A stretch of DNA of 63,737 bases, counting the filler, from Phoronis australis (taxonomy: Eukaryota; Animalia; Phoronida), in assembly GCA_002633005.1 (NCBI GenBank). It is 10 parts of 10 records of this genome, joined end to end, with 100 filler letters (N's around TTAATTAATTAA, not from the genome) between each part and the next. Parts side by side here need not be neighbours in the genome. Positions count along the whole stretch, not along the records: positions 3,726 to 22,654 come from NMRA01000934.1; positions 22,755 to 25,492 come from NMRA01003459.1; positions 25,593 to 42,261 come from NMRA01000624.1; 7 more parts are not named here. One strand, 5' to 3'. Positions 14,100 through 27,222 of this stretch are shown here, piece by piece (the first letter of the stretch is position 1; each line of letters opens with the position of its first letter). Below the pieces are notes generated by a model. It saw nothing but the letters and a program-made list of their open reading frames with translations, did no database searches and was not told the origin of the DNA. The position numbers were made by a program, and so were the translations under genes.

Positions 14100-17000
14100 A
14101 ACAAGAGCAACGCAGAGCATTGAAATGCGCCCACGAAAGCATTGCAAATGGTGTGCTTTTAGGGTTATTTACTTGTATCATAAAAATGAGCATTAGATGG
14201 CGCAAAAACGTACAATCCATCAAAAAACTGGAACATGCCATATTTCATAAAATTGTGTCAAGAAACTTCAGAAAAACAAAGGAAAACAGAATTAAAGACC
14301 CTACATAACGGTCAAATGACTTTTGAACATGTTAAATATATGTATCATTGATCGACACAAACATATCATCCCTCCCTTTACTCCTGGCATTAGCTAATTA
14401 TGCCAATTACTATCGTATGACCCCATCATGAGCCCCATTTAGCGCCGAAAAAAAACTTAAGGTGGCGCTCGTTCTAATCGACGCAAATGACGTCATCGTT
14501 GGTACCCAAGACGTATCGAACAGTCTGTTGCCACAGGAAGCTTACCTTACGGTGTCTGGTGCATATTTCACAGATTTTCAAAATTACAACTGTTAGAGAC
14601 AACCAAGCTCAAATACTATGCGACACTTATCTCGACACTTCCACGTGCATGTAATATCCTACAACTCACTGTCCCTTGATCAGTCGTTTAGCGTCGCCGA
14701 AGACAGTAGCGCGTTCTCGGTGGGGACCACTTACTCGTCTAACATCAAATGCTTATTCACAAAGACGTCGGGGTTTAACGAACAGATTTAACAAACAGGG
14801 TCCCTGCGTGCATTGGGGGACAGGTTTGCAATGAATGGAGATTTGTCGGACCCACGGCGACATCCTGGCGGAATGCGTGTACCGGAGAATTAATTTGTAG
14901 TCGCTCAGTGATAATTACGGGATTATGTCGGGGAGAAAGTCGGCATTACACATCTTAACGAAGCGAAAGGCTCACTCGCAGCATGATGAAAAAGAATGAC
15001 CCGAGACTTTTCGCACTTGGGTTAGAAAAGTATAATACCTTGCAATGGACGGACGTTCAATGAAAAGTACTGCTTTAAGAAAATGTAGAAACAAAGTTTG
15101 GATGGATTAGCGCCGTGTATGTTCAAGCCAGAGGACTCCGAGTAAAGTGAAACAGAAGGGGAAACTTACCGGCCAACTGTCACGGAACTCGCTACGGACC
15201 GTCATTTGAAGACAAAGGCATTTTACTCAAGGCATACGAAACTTAACCCGTAACCGACGCAGCTAGCTGCACCCCGATTAGTGAGACCTGCAGGAAAATC
15301 TAAGCGATTGAGGTGGAAACAAAATATTGAGCAAAAAGGACAAAGTTAGCACTGCGAATAGATTGTCATATTTAAACTATTGTTCGATTTGAAAGACCAA
15401 TTGCACAAGGCATTTTATACTTTGAAGTCAGGGAAATACGCCGTTCCCGTCATAGCACAACCCATTGACATGCTGACTGCACACTTTTTTCAGTGCGTGC
15501 CTCCAAAGTGTACCCAAAGCCGTACTGCCTGACGTTCACGTGCGGGGTTTGTAAGTACACCCTTTCCCGATGTTAATTTCAAAGAATGTGCCACAAGACT
15601 CAAGTTGAATCAGCGCTATCTTATGGTCACATGCATTCGAGTATATGCAGCACCCAAGCACTTAATCGAGCCAAGCCAGTGCAATATTTTATTTAGAACG
15701 GCCGCCGTACTCTTTTGATGTGCGACTTGGGAGGTGTGCACCTCTACGTTCCCACCGCTGGAGTACGTGATACATTGGCTGCAACATGTGAGTGACAGAT
15801 GACTCATATATATGTTGCGCGTGCTGTCCCAGAAAAGAGGGCTTGAGAATTTGTTGTCAACTTACTTTTACTCTAATGCAAGACAAGTTGTGACCGTCAT
15901 TTGGCAAGTAACAGCCAAGGGTTGTCATCTTTACGTTTGTTTTTTTTTACGATAAAAACGAGACGCAGGCTACATTCACCCACACCGTTAATTGACGACA
16001 TTTCTGAGCCACGATCGTATAAAATGGTACCGACCATGTCGCGGTGATATATTGTCGAGGATATTGTTAGTGGATAATCAAGACATCTTACGTGAAAAAT
16101 AATTATTTTTTCCACCACAGAGTTAGGTAAGTTTGCCGTTGTCAGATTCAGTATGAAACGTAGCTGTTGTAGGACCTTTTACGTGGGTGCAAATACTTCG
16201 AAAATTGGTTCGTCGTGGGTCGTGAGTGAATCGATAGCAGTCCCTATCCGAGATCTACGCCGCTGTTTGGTTCGAAGGGTGCTTTGCCTGACACCATTGT
16301 TTTGCTTAGTAATATTGCATTATCAGTCGACATTGATGCCTAACGTCGGCGATGTTTCTAACTGGTGACGTTCCTTGAGCAAACTATTTGTTTTTTACTG
16401 TCCCAGCAGCCGATCAGGTGCTCACTACAGGTTGTGGTTAGCGCGGTAATGTGTTGCTCGCTCTCAACGATGATGTCAATAGGCCAGACTTCTGTGATTC
16501 GTCGAGAGAATAAAAGGGGTTTCTGATGGGGGCACATAATATGGGGGGCACAAAATGCGTAGTAATTAGTTAGTGGTTGTGTGAAATAAAACGAAAAAAA
16601 GATATGTTGCACATAAATACATGTATTTAACATATCTAAAAGGCAGTTGGCTCATTTTGTATGGACTTTAAATAAAATTGCATCTTAAGTGGGGCACAGT
16701 GTCCGTTGGATCCGTATGAAAGTCGTTGAAATCTGTTGTTATCTTCATTACAAATACACTCACTAAATTTAATAAAGATCCTGAAGTGGGTTTAGGAGAT
16801 ACAGCTAAGGGCACAAAAAAACAAAACTACCACTAGGAGGAGCCACAGTAGTCAGTCGCCATCATCAAACATCGTCCCCTTTACATTGAGAACATATGCC
16901 ATTTTTCAAAACCATCCCTAGAATGACTTGGCTGATAGAAGGGTGGACGCCAAAAACAAGATTCGAAAACAGCAAAACTGGCCACCAGATGGCACAAAAT

Positions 17001-18215
17001 ACCTCGATTACATCCAAAAACAGGAGGATAGTGTCACCTCACCAATAGATGCCTATATTTAAAATTTTATGAAAATCTGTTGAGGACCTTTGAACATACA
17101 GGGTTAAACGTAAAAAACTGAAATTGCCACTAGGAGGCACACCAGCAGTCAGCTCCGTCCGAAAGTTGTCGTCGTTCATTGCCTACATCATATGAATACA
17201 CTTTCTAAATTTAGTAAAGATCCTACTCACAGTTTTGGAGATACAGGCATAGGCGCAAAAAAAAACTGCGACTAGGAGGCACCACAGTAGTTGAAGACGT
17301 CGGAAAATCATCATCAGCCGTCCACTTCACAGTATGAACATAAATGCCAATTTTCATAACCATTCCTCGAGCGGTTTGGTTGATAGAGGGGAGGACGCAA
17401 AAAACAGACTAAAAAACCGTAGAAGTGGCCACTAGGTGGCGCAAACTACGTCCCATCCATCCGAAAACGGGGGAACAACGTCATCTCACTAATACGTGCC
17501 TATATATCAAGTTTTATGAAAATCTGTTGAGGACTTTTAAATTGAAGATACAGAGGGTAAACGCAGAAAACTAAAATTGCCACTAGGGGACACACCGGTA
17601 GTCAGATCCGTCCAAAAGTCGTCGTCATCTGTTGTCTACGTCATGTTAATACACTTCCTAAATTTAGTAATGATCCCTCAAACAGCTTAGGAGATACAGC
17701 CATCAGTGCAAAAAAACCAAAACTGCTACTAGGAGGCCCCACAGTAGTGCACATCGTCGGAAAATCACCGTCAGTCGTCCACTTCATAGTAAGAACATAC
17801 ATGCCAATTTTCACAATCATCCTTTAAGCGGTTTGGTTGATAGAGGGGTGTACACAAAAAAACAGACTCGAAAACATTAAAAATGGCCACTAGGTGGTGC
17901 AAACTACGTTGAACCCATCCGAAAACGGCAGGACAGCGTCATCTCACTAATAGGTGCCTATGTACCAAATTTTATGAAAATCCATTACGGAACTACGAAG
18001 TTACAGAGGCAAACGTAAACAGTTAAAGTTGCCCTTAGGGAGCACAGCGGTAGTTCGATCAATCCGAAATTTGTCGTCATCTGTCGTCAGCTTCATAGAA
18101 ACACATCTGCCAATTTCAGTAATGATACAAGGGATTAAGAGATACAGCAACAGACGCCCGAACGCTTGGACAAAGATGACGACAATATGCACCCACAAAT
18201 ACGTGGGCACAAAAA
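14100..18215 (+). mobile_element. HINE-like element copy B with internal ~450-bp tandem repeats, interrupted by a nested TTAA element
   Basis: 5' AACAAGAG...TGCGCCCACG. 3' hairpin TGCACCCAC-AAATAC-GTGGGCACA followed by an A-run. Tandem units at 16690-18150, anchors at 16979, 17426, 17884. Confidence 0.65.
14296..16667. mobile_element. Kolobok-like TTAA-inserting DNA transposon derivative nested in HINE copy B
   Basis: TTAA at 14292-95 and 16668-71. ~55-bp imperfect TIRs (AGACCCTACA...ATGTTAAATATATGTAT vs rc AGTCCATACA...ATGTTAAATACATGTAT). Removal restores similarity to copy A. Decayed KolX-like LAPCMFKPE at ~15105-15135. Confidence 0.7.
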
Positions 18216-18255
18216 GTCAAGATGTTTCACCAATTTAGGACATAATGTGGCCGTT

Positions 18256-18351
18256 AAAGGAACTTTGTTTTTTGTTTTTTCATAAAAGTAGCACTAAATA
18301 AACAAAGGAACTTTGTTTTTTGTTTTTTCATAAAAGTAGCACTAAATAAAC
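18256..18351. repeat. 48-bp perfect tandem duplication
   Basis: AAAGGAACTTTG...CACTAAATAAAC occurs twice in tandem. Confidence 0.9.
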
Positions 18352-19789
18352 ACACTACTTTTTAAGATTCACACCAAAGCTACCTTCAGACAATGATTCT
18401 GAAAAATAGTGGGCATTCAAAACAATGCAAAGCCTCTGAAAACAAGAAGATAGCAATTTTGGGGATTACTTTTGTCCGAAATTGGTGAGATTTCACAAAA
18501 CATCATACTTGTTAAACATTGAATAGTCTTTGTGAACAATCTGTTCAGCATATGGCTTTGCCTCTCACCTGAGCATGAGAGTCTAGAAAAGAAACACTTG
18601 GACAATTGGAATAACCATGTTGACTCGAACGCATTTGGTATCAACATTCATCAGTTTTAGGCCAAGACAGTCAACATTGTAAACCTGGATGCAGTTCCCT
18701 TTCAAGGGTCTCACACTCTGTTGAAGGGCCGAAAATGCCTTTTTATTATAATTATTAACATTGGTTATGACAGACTTCTTTAATCCGCTGTTTTGACTAG
18801 AGCTGAAATCAAGGACTCTTACATTATCAGTCAATTACCAGTGAAACATCGGTTGCTTCCCAAGTTGTGCTTAAAGATGCTGTCTCATTAAATTGTGAAT
18901 ATGCAAATGACGTACTACTTCAAAAACAACCTCAGGTCTTCCGGTGTGCCGGAAACCATCCGAGAATTAGTTAGCATCAAAATCTTGCAAAAGTCCAAGT
19001 CCGAGAGACCATTATTTATGTAAATGAGAATGGTAATATGTCATCGTTAATCGAATGAAACAAGGCACAGCTTTTATTATTTATTCATTTCATTATCAAC
19101 AAACAATTGCATAATAATTGGAATTAACTAGGATTTTCTATACATTTTCCATTGTTTTTACGGTAAAGTCGCGTGATTTTCGGACGGCCCGCCACTTTCG
19201 ACCAAGAATAAATATTTCCGAAATGAGTTTTTCATAGTCCACGAAATTCGTACAAGGTCCAAAAACTGTTTTTCAATGATCCTCGAAGTTCGGACAATGT
19301 TATAAACGTCGGACTTTTGTCCCGCGACTTTCGGACAAAGAAAATTTTAGAAACGCTAATTTAGGATCGACGCAACTCCCGTGTCAGTAAAGCGTTCAAC
19401 GGATGATTACTACTCGATAAGGCTTGAATCTGAGAATTGGTGTAATGGGCTTTGTAATTTTTACCTTGTCTTGACGATGTCATGACCGTTACTCGATTGT
19501 CTTGCGTTTAGCTTGTGTTTGGCGCTTTAGCTATGAAAAAAGTCACCGAGTCTGGCATGACGAAAATTTCTGATGAAAATACAAATGGGAAATACACGGA
19601 AGGCTGCAGTTTTTCGTTGTAGGGTAACATGTGTTCTGGTTTAATTAGACCGTGTTGTTCAACTTCCGACTGTGACATTGAACTTGCACGCCTCAACTTG
19701 CGTGTTTACGAAGCGTTTTTATTTTTAAAACGTCCTGGCCTTTGCAAATGCCCTTGTTAGTGGCTAAAATCTCCTTCTTGACCTGATGA

Positions 19790-19916
19790 GGAATATTTTT
19801 TGTTTAGGCCCCCATACACAATAGGTCACAGCTAAGTATGTCCGTAGGATATGAGAAATATTTTTTGTTTAGGCCCCCATACACAATAGGTCACAGCTAA
19901 GTATGTCCGTAGGATA
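19790..19916. repeat. ~65-bp tandem duplication
   Basis: AATATTTTTTTGTTTAGGCCCCCATAC...GTAGGATAT occurs twice. Confidence 0.9.
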
Positions 19917-20510
19917 TCGCGCGTTCATAGTGTAGATAGTGAACAGCAGCAGCCGAATGAGACGGAGCCAAAGTAAAACTGGTTAAAAATGAAACATAGC
20001 GCAAGGCCCAGCACTCAGAAAGGGGCGCGGCGCACACGCAATTGTTACAGAGACATTGCATCCCTGTCCTATGTTGTGTAAGTGAAAGCTAATGTACATC
20101 CACGTAACCACGTTTCACTACCCTTACGAATTGTCTGTTGCTCTCTGATAAGCATCGCAGATGCAAGAATCTCGCTAAAGAAGATAGTGTGATCGTGTGC
20201 TTCGTTTACAATGCCTCACCATACGTCTCGACGTCTTAAGTCTAGCGTGTTCGTGAGATTCTCACCCTTGTGCCCCCGATCGCAGACTAGGGTAGAGTTC
20301 AGTAGCTGTCTTGGGAAATACAAAAATCTAGCCAAAATCACGCTTTCAATTAAAAAACACAATACATCACGTAATTTCATGAATTCTTGCTTTTTAGCCA
20401 AGTTCTAGCGTTACGAGCTTAACCCCAGATGTAAACCTAAAAAGATTTAACTTGCGGCGACCCAATTTTGCTTGCTCATCCACTGGTCTGTGTACTTGTG
20501 GTCTTGTTAA

Positions 20511-20698
20511 TTCACATCCTAGCTGTACTGTCTGAGGTACAACACCCTGAACTCCATGGTGTCCCGAGATTAAGATGAATCCCGACAAGGACACCGGGAC
20601 CCTGTAATTCACACCCTGTACCGTCTGAGGTACAACACCCTGAACTCCATGGTGTCCCAAGATTAAGATGAATCCCGACAAGAACACCGGGACCCTGT
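20511..20698. repeat. 93-bp tandem repeat x2
   Basis: TCTGAGGTACAACACCC at 20531 and 20624. Confidence 0.9.
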
Positions 20699-21582
20699 GG
20701 CACTCTCTGTCTGCGGCGGCTAAGAAAATCCTCCACCAATCATTTCGAAAAATGACAAGTCAGTTGAATCAGATTTGGTAGTCGTTGCTTCTTGTGGTCC
20801 TAGGGGTAGGCTAACAAGAATACAGGACCTGGAGTCCGATGCAACGGGCTTGGAACCTGATAAGTGTTTCCGACCCGGAGGTCGATACCTACTTTCCACA
20901 GGACCTTGCCTTCTTGTCCATGTTACCGCCTTCAGTTGATAGTTTTGAGACAAAAAAGAAACGTGATCTTAAACTACAGACCATGTTTTTTGTATTACTT
21001 AATATAGTTTTAGAGGCATTTTAGCTGTAAGTGTGTTTAATTGTGTTGACTGTTACATCGCTAATTATTATTGTTCTATTTTTACCCGAGGTGATGCCTT
21101 ACTTGCAGCAAGGGTAAATAATTTTGGGAAGTATTACCAGCGATTTCCGTATATAAGTTGGGGAAACCAAACGTCTTATGTAAAAATACACCAGGGCCTA
21201 TACTCAGCAATGCCGAATACACGAACACAGTATAAATACTGTAGCTCACCCTAATTATATCCTAGTGGGAATAGCATTATTTTTAGATTTCAAGCATGCA
21301 TTTTTATTCTCAGATATGCATCCTAGGTATATTTTAGGAAAAAAATTTAAGATACGCAAACTGGCCATATTTTCTTCTGGATTTATATACGAAAATTTAC
21401 GGTGGATCTTCTTAAACCTGTAAACCATGAAAATTTCATTGAGACAGTTTTGTTCTACTAACATGGTCAACTAACATTCCGTTCATGCAAGTCGATCAGT
21501 ACGTTCGCATTTAAGGCATTATTGCAACAGGTAAGTGTTGTTTTGATTTTTGTTTGGTGCTTCCATATTTTATTTTGTTATG

Positions 21583-21979
21583 TATTCCTGTCTTCAGATA
21601 GTCACTGTTATTCTTCAACAAAATTTCTGTACTTATAATGAGACTTCAGTAAACTCGCGACTGTTTATACTTTAAATGTTAGCAGAAGTGTGTAGTGTCC
21701 ATCAGCAGAGAACTGTGGGAAGAACTATTTTCCGTAACTGTAGCAAATATATGACGCAATGAAATGAAAACGGTCGACATAGATGAATTATATTCCTGTC
21801 TTCAGATTGTCACTGTTATTCTTCAACAACATTTCTGTACTTATAATGAGACTTCAGTAAACTCGCGACTTCATACTTTAAATGTTAGCAGAAGTGTGTA
21901 GGGTCCATCAGCAGAGATTTTCCGTAACTGTAGCAAATATGTGACGCAATGAAATGAAGACGGTCGACATCGATGAATT
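21583..21979. repeat. ~200-bp tandem duplication with indels
   Basis: TATTCCTGTCTTCAGAT...GGTCGACAT.GATGAATT occurs twice; copy 2 lacks ~18 bp. Confidence 0.9.
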
Positions 21980-22972
21980 GTAATTGGTTAAATGTATATT
22001 AAGAAAGAAAATTGAGTATATAAATAGTAGACCGGTTCTTGAATTGCCTGGTTTACGTCCTTCATGAGTTCACCTGTCCCAAATTGAGTGCTTTCGTTTT
22101 TCTTTTCAGGTCGTCACTAGTCGATTCTTCTAACAGTCGTGATCTGCCCAGTAGCCTATTGTATCAACGTGCGCAACAACGCACGATCGGTCTTGGCAGG
22201 GGGTTGCTCCAAGCAGACTCCCTTAGAATTAGTGGCACAAAATCGACATTGGTGTGCAGCAGGAGGCCGAGGGGGGAGGGGTGGCGGCGTAAATTAGTTG
22301 TGACTGAGGGAGACTGAGCTGCGCGAAATTGGTGATGACCGTGGACGGCGCTAAACTGGTGACGACCAGAAGAAACGGCCCTGTTATCTTCCTCGCAGAT
22401 TATCAGAAAATGCTAACGATTATCAGTTTCATTTCATCCACAAACAGATTTCACAAGTCAGAGTTTTCACTGTGGTTGAAAACGTAAGCGAACCCAGATG
22501 TGTTAGGTCACCTCAGTTGCATGAAGACGCGCCAGTGTATCACTGAGTTAATATCGGGCGTTTCAAAGGCTGTGGATGAGAAAGGTTTTAATTGTAAAAA
22601 AACGGTTGGGTGAATTTGATGTTGGTAGCATTTGAAATTGCATTTGCTTTCTAGNNNNNNNNNNNNNNNNNNNNNNNNNNNNNNNNNNNNNNNNNNNNTT
22701 AATTAATTAANNNNNNNNNNNNNNNNNNNNNNNNNNNNNNNNNNNNNNNNNNNNGATACTTTTATTGCCAATTAAGGTCTGGGTTTTCAAGTGCAGTCTT
22801 GACCGTGTTACAATGAATCTCCCAGGATGTCATTGAAACGTTTGTTGAGACAGGAGTTGGCTGTAACAAAGTGGTTTATAGTTATCCAGTATTAATAGTT
22901 GGTTTGAAATAGTAACGTCATAAAGCATTCATATTGAAACAAGTTGTGACTGGTTTGTTATGCTGTGTTCAG

Positions 22973-23139
22973 ATCTCTACAGAGGACCCTGGATGAGTTG
23001 AAAGGTTATCAGAAGAAACACAAACACTGGCAGGAGCAGAGTAACATACTGGTGACGGAGCAGGCACCCACCGAGGTTAAGATCAATCAGAGGATCGCCT
23101 ATGAGTCGCAGAAGATCCGCGAGCTTGAGTTCGGATCAC
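22973..23139 (+). CDS. Internal exon of unidentified protein (SLQRTLDELKGYQKKHKHWQEQSNILVTEQAPTEVKINQRIAYESQKIRELEFGS)
   Basis: tgctgtgttcAG|...cac|GTAAGT. Open frame with coding-like codon usage and helical/coiled-coil-like composition. Ends in phase 1. Confidence 0.75.
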
Positions 23140-23822
23140 GTAAGTCGACTGGACTCACTGCATTACTTAGGTGTATTTGTTTGTTTCTAGCCACTGGTTT
23201 GTCTCTAAGGATTAGTGGTAATGAATTGGCCCCTGAACACTAATATTACACTCTTACCGATCATTCTTTGTTGTAAAATATTATACTTACCTACAGAACA
23301 GTCCTAATAGGGTCACCGTCACATCTCTAGGTGTTTGTGGAGGAACATTTCAAAGACAATGTGGTGATCTAACAATGATCTCATACTAGATAACACTTGC
23401 AGGAGCTATTGGGGATTCTTTTGAAATCACTGATATTTCTGTCCTCTGATTGGCTGAAAGGCTGTAGGATAACTTGGGATATTCTCTAATACTGTCCAAC
23501 TTGGCTGTGGAATATCATTTTCACTCGTGCTGTCCGAAAGTCGAATGTCGCCATTGGCAATCTGATCAATCACACGTTGCATAAACCGTAAACCCTGACA
23601 ATGAAGTGAGCCGACAATGTCGGTGTATCATTGCAAGGATGAGAAGGCTTATCCAATAAGGGACGAAAGTGTTTCAGGAAACAAGGATGAGTGGTCGTGT
23701 AATAAAACCAAAAACTGGTCCCTCGTCTGTAGCAGGTCATATTCACCTGATATCACCTTCAGGCTCAGTTCATATTTGTATTTTTCACCTTGAGTGCTTA
23801 CCCTTGAACGTGTCGTTGCCAG

Positions 23823-23947
23823 GTGAGGTGTGTACTCTAATCGAGCGAGATGGACGTCAGATTCTGCAGTGTGGGTCGCCTTCACGACCCACACCTAAGC
23901 TGGAGTTCAACTTTGAAAACCGGAACAAGTCAGAACCACAGCAAAAG
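23823..23947 (+). CDS. Next exon of the same gene (R-EVCTLIERDGRQILQCGSPSRPTPKLEFNFENRNKSEPQQK)
   Basis: gttgccAG|gt gag...aag|GTAAGC. Phase 1 start joins in frame to exon 22973-23139. Confidence 0.65.
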
Positions 23948-25128
23948 GTAAGCCCAAAATGCTTGGCTCTATCAAATCTGTCTGTTGCGTGTGTGACCAC
24001 AACGCAAGCCAGAACCGAGTTAGTCCTCTGGCCCAGGGCTGTTTGAAGTTGGCTTGATGCAGATTTGAGTATGACTGCTGGTCATAAGTGAGTCTCACCC
24101 ACCCAATCCTCATAACATCAGCGAGTCTCATCCACTCACCCAAACCTTACAACTTAACCCCAACTGGATGGTTGCAGGTCACAAGGAGTGTGTTGTGATT
24201 ACCATCTTTGAAAACAGGCACCTGCTGGACACGACTGTTTTAATTGCATTTGAAGATTTTTGGCTTGTTAAGCTTTAACATTCAACTTGTAACATTGAGA
24301 GTTTGATTTAGTAGTATCATTAGGTTAATACAGGGTAGAACAAGTGCTTTGTTTGGCAGGGTACAACATAACTAAATGATCTTGTTACAACAATACTGCA
24401 ACATAGTATCATGACATATGAAGCAGAAGTAAAAATAAACTTTTGTGTGACATCAAAATGTCGGAACTTGAAAGTGTTCTTCAAAAATTCAGTCAAAGTA
24501 AGCTGTCTCACTGTTCAGAGCTCTCCAGGACAAGAGCTCTTGACATTGGAGTGAAAGTGACTTAATTGAATGTAATCGTGTTGGTAAAGTTAGGCTGCTG
24601 TCTATCCAAGCAGCCAATTTTTGTCGGCTTAAACTTTTGCCCAATTTGCAGCCGACTAAAACGAAAAAGGTGAAAAAGAAGACAAAGGTAGGGGGAGCTA
24701 GTGCGCATAGCGGCTGCTTTGTCACGTGATGTGAACATTAGGAAGTGTTGTTACTTGTGTGTCTTCCTGTGCCCCCCTGTAAAGTAAAATCTCGTAATTT
24801 CGGACAAATAATTGACGAAAGTACATTTTTCACTTTTCAAGAACTTGTTCACTGTTTTGAATGCCCAAAATATTAAATATTGTATTGTATTTTTGGTAGA
24901 ATCATTTATAAAGAAAATGAGAAAATAAAAATGTCACCTGTCCACCATTATGTCCTAAATTGCTATGGTTTTCCCTTAGTTGTCGTGTTAATGTCATGTG
25001 AAGTAGTAAAACCTAACTCTTCTCATCTGACCATTTCTCCTCCACAAATTTATGACTGGGGTAATTAACATTTGTGGCAAAGTGGCACTTTGTTCAGCGT
25101 AGACAGAACCAGACATCCGGAACTCCTT

Positions 25129-25446
25129 GGGTATTTTTGTAGCCTCAAATTATCCCTCAGAGGTCATATTTGCTCAATGTTCAAACTTCGATATCATTTC
25201 TGTAGCAAGTCATGTGGCTCTCACAATGAAGGATGATGCTGAATGTGGTTAGACTTAACAGGAGTAAACAGTACTTCAGGAGGCAGACAAAGGATTGAGA
25301 AAGCCGCGTAGCAACTTTTGAGACAAGCTAGGCTGAAGCTTTGATTTTTGCCATCTCTTGACCAAATCCCTTAGCTGTAATGATTGGAGTTCGCACATGC
25401 GCAGACATAAATGTCCGAGGGATGATTTGAAGCTACAAAAATACCC
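25129..25446. mobile_element. MITE with ~30-bp TIRs
   Basis: GGGTATTTTTGTAGCCTCAAATTATCCCTC ... GAGGGGATGATTTGAAGCTACAAAAATACCC. TSD not resolved. Confidence 0.75.
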
Positions 25447-25592
25447 GAAGTGTTTTGGGTGAGAAGCAGAATGATTTGTTGCAAGTAANTCANNNNNNNN
25501 NNNNNNNNNNNNNNNNNNNNNNNNNNNNNNNNNNNNTTAATTAATTAANNNNNNNNNNNNNNNNNNNNNNNNNNNNNNNNNNNNNNNNNNNN

Positions 25593-26052
25593 CCCTCGGA
25601 GTGTGTTCGAGAGTGGAGGCTGTGAATAGGCCAGAGAGTGAATTAGACATGAAAGAACCTACGTGGAAGGAACTGCTGCAGGTGGTTAAGAAAGCGCGGT
25701 CGGGTTCAGCCCCAGGTCCAAGTGGCATCCCGTACAAGACCTACAAGAAGTGTCCCATGCTGCTAAGGCAGCTGTGGCCGATTCTAAGAACAGTATGGAG
25801 AAAGGGCAAGATACCTACTGGCTGGAAGGTCGCAGAGGGGTGCTTTGTGCCCAAGGAGAAGGATGCTGCTGCGATTGACCAGTTTAGAACAATATCACTG
25901 CTGAGTGTAGAAGGGAAGATGTTCTTTGGGATCCTTGCTAGGAGGTTGACATCCTATCTCTTCGACAACAAGTACATAGACACATCTGTCCAGAAAGGAG
26001 GAATTCCTGGTTTTTCAGGCTGTGTTGAAGATACGAGCGTCTTGAGCCAGCA
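25593..26052 (+). mobile_element. Non-LTR retrotransposon RT fragment, R2-group (Hero-like)
   Basis: ORF 25601 contains SAPGPSGIPY, IPTGWK, FRTISLLSVEGK, VQKGGIPGFSGC (RT domains 0-2). Homology ends near 26050; truncated by the gap on the left. Confidence 0.88.
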
Positions 26053-27186
26053 TATATGCTGCCTTGCAATTCATCTTCGTTACAGTCGACGTGGAAGTCA
26101 TGCTTGCTCATGTTTATCAAGGTTATGCACAAGCTGTTACAACAGGGCGCTGTGTTCTCTTTTACTTTCAACTGTTGACTTGGATTGGTAGCCGCGCCCT
26201 AAGTTTACTTTATAGATTTCAATTATCTGTGTAATGAGATGTTTCACTAAAAAGAATTTCTAAAAGCAGGAAACAAGAGCTGTCAATTTAAAAAAAAATC
26301 TTAAGCCATTTCGCCTAAAGTTCTCACTGTGAGGAGGCACAATCCCTTTGATAGCTGTTGGTTAGTGCATGAGTGCACAGTGGAGCTTAGCATTATTCTC
26401 CCCATTTGGAGAAGTGACAAACCTTGGGCATTTGTTGTGGTTAATTGTAACGAAGTAAGACATTTAGGCAAATTACTGGTCACAGGGATAATCCTTTGCT
26501 TTGCCTTTGTGCAAAAAACAAACAAAAAGGCTCAAGTACATTGCATCAGTGCACCCCCATGGTGCTCCTTTTAAAACACATCACTCTTCCAAATACACAA
26601 GATTCTAGTCCACCTATATTACAACCAGTTTGGTAAAACATGATTCTGTTATTATTTTGATTGCCTCAGGGGTTTCTGTTATACATGTTACCACTTTAAT
26701 TACACTAATTCTGCTGGGCACAACTTTTTTGAGAAAAAAATACAATCAGGTGTCACAAAGGGCGCATGTTCAAACCTGGTCAAGAATATCCCTGTGGTCA
26801 TGCAATGTTCTGAGCTAGGAGACAATTTCATATTTGAAAATGTCTTCCAAAAACTGAACCAAAAAGGACAAAATACCAAGAGTGGCTGAGTGCAAGCCAC
26901 TGAAACATATAGAAACTGGGTTGTTCAATAGTCAACGGTGAGAGTGCCTGATTGAGGTTTACAGTCCTGACCCGATTTTAAGAATTTTTGGCCCTGGTGT
27001 GTACTATGTAATTGTTACATAAGAACATTCCATAGAATTTATTTTATCATTGTTATTGCAATAAACTAACAGTGTATTTGAAAAATTAGTTCCTTTGAAA
27101 TAAAATTCCCACCTGTTGCAATACAAATACTGAGGTCACACTGGATTCTTATACAGTGTATTACAAATTATTTTTTCTGTTTCCAG

Positions 27187-27222
27187 ACTTTTTAGAAATA
27201 TTCTGGAAGTGTGCGAGGATAG
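27187..27222 (+). CDS. Candidate 36-nt micro-exon
   Basis: ttttttctgtttccAG|...gatag|GTAAGT, textbook splice sites, length divisible by 3, open in two frames. Gene membership unknown. Confidence 0.4.

Noticed and set aside
16358-16633. TCSEHLIG as a THAP CSxHF motif
   Set aside because: Other THAP residues cannot be aligned convincingly; may be chance.
20394-20739. 93-bp in-frame repeat as a repeat protein
   Set aside because: All plus frames contain stops; minus-strand peptides lack recognisable motifs or convincing splice sites.
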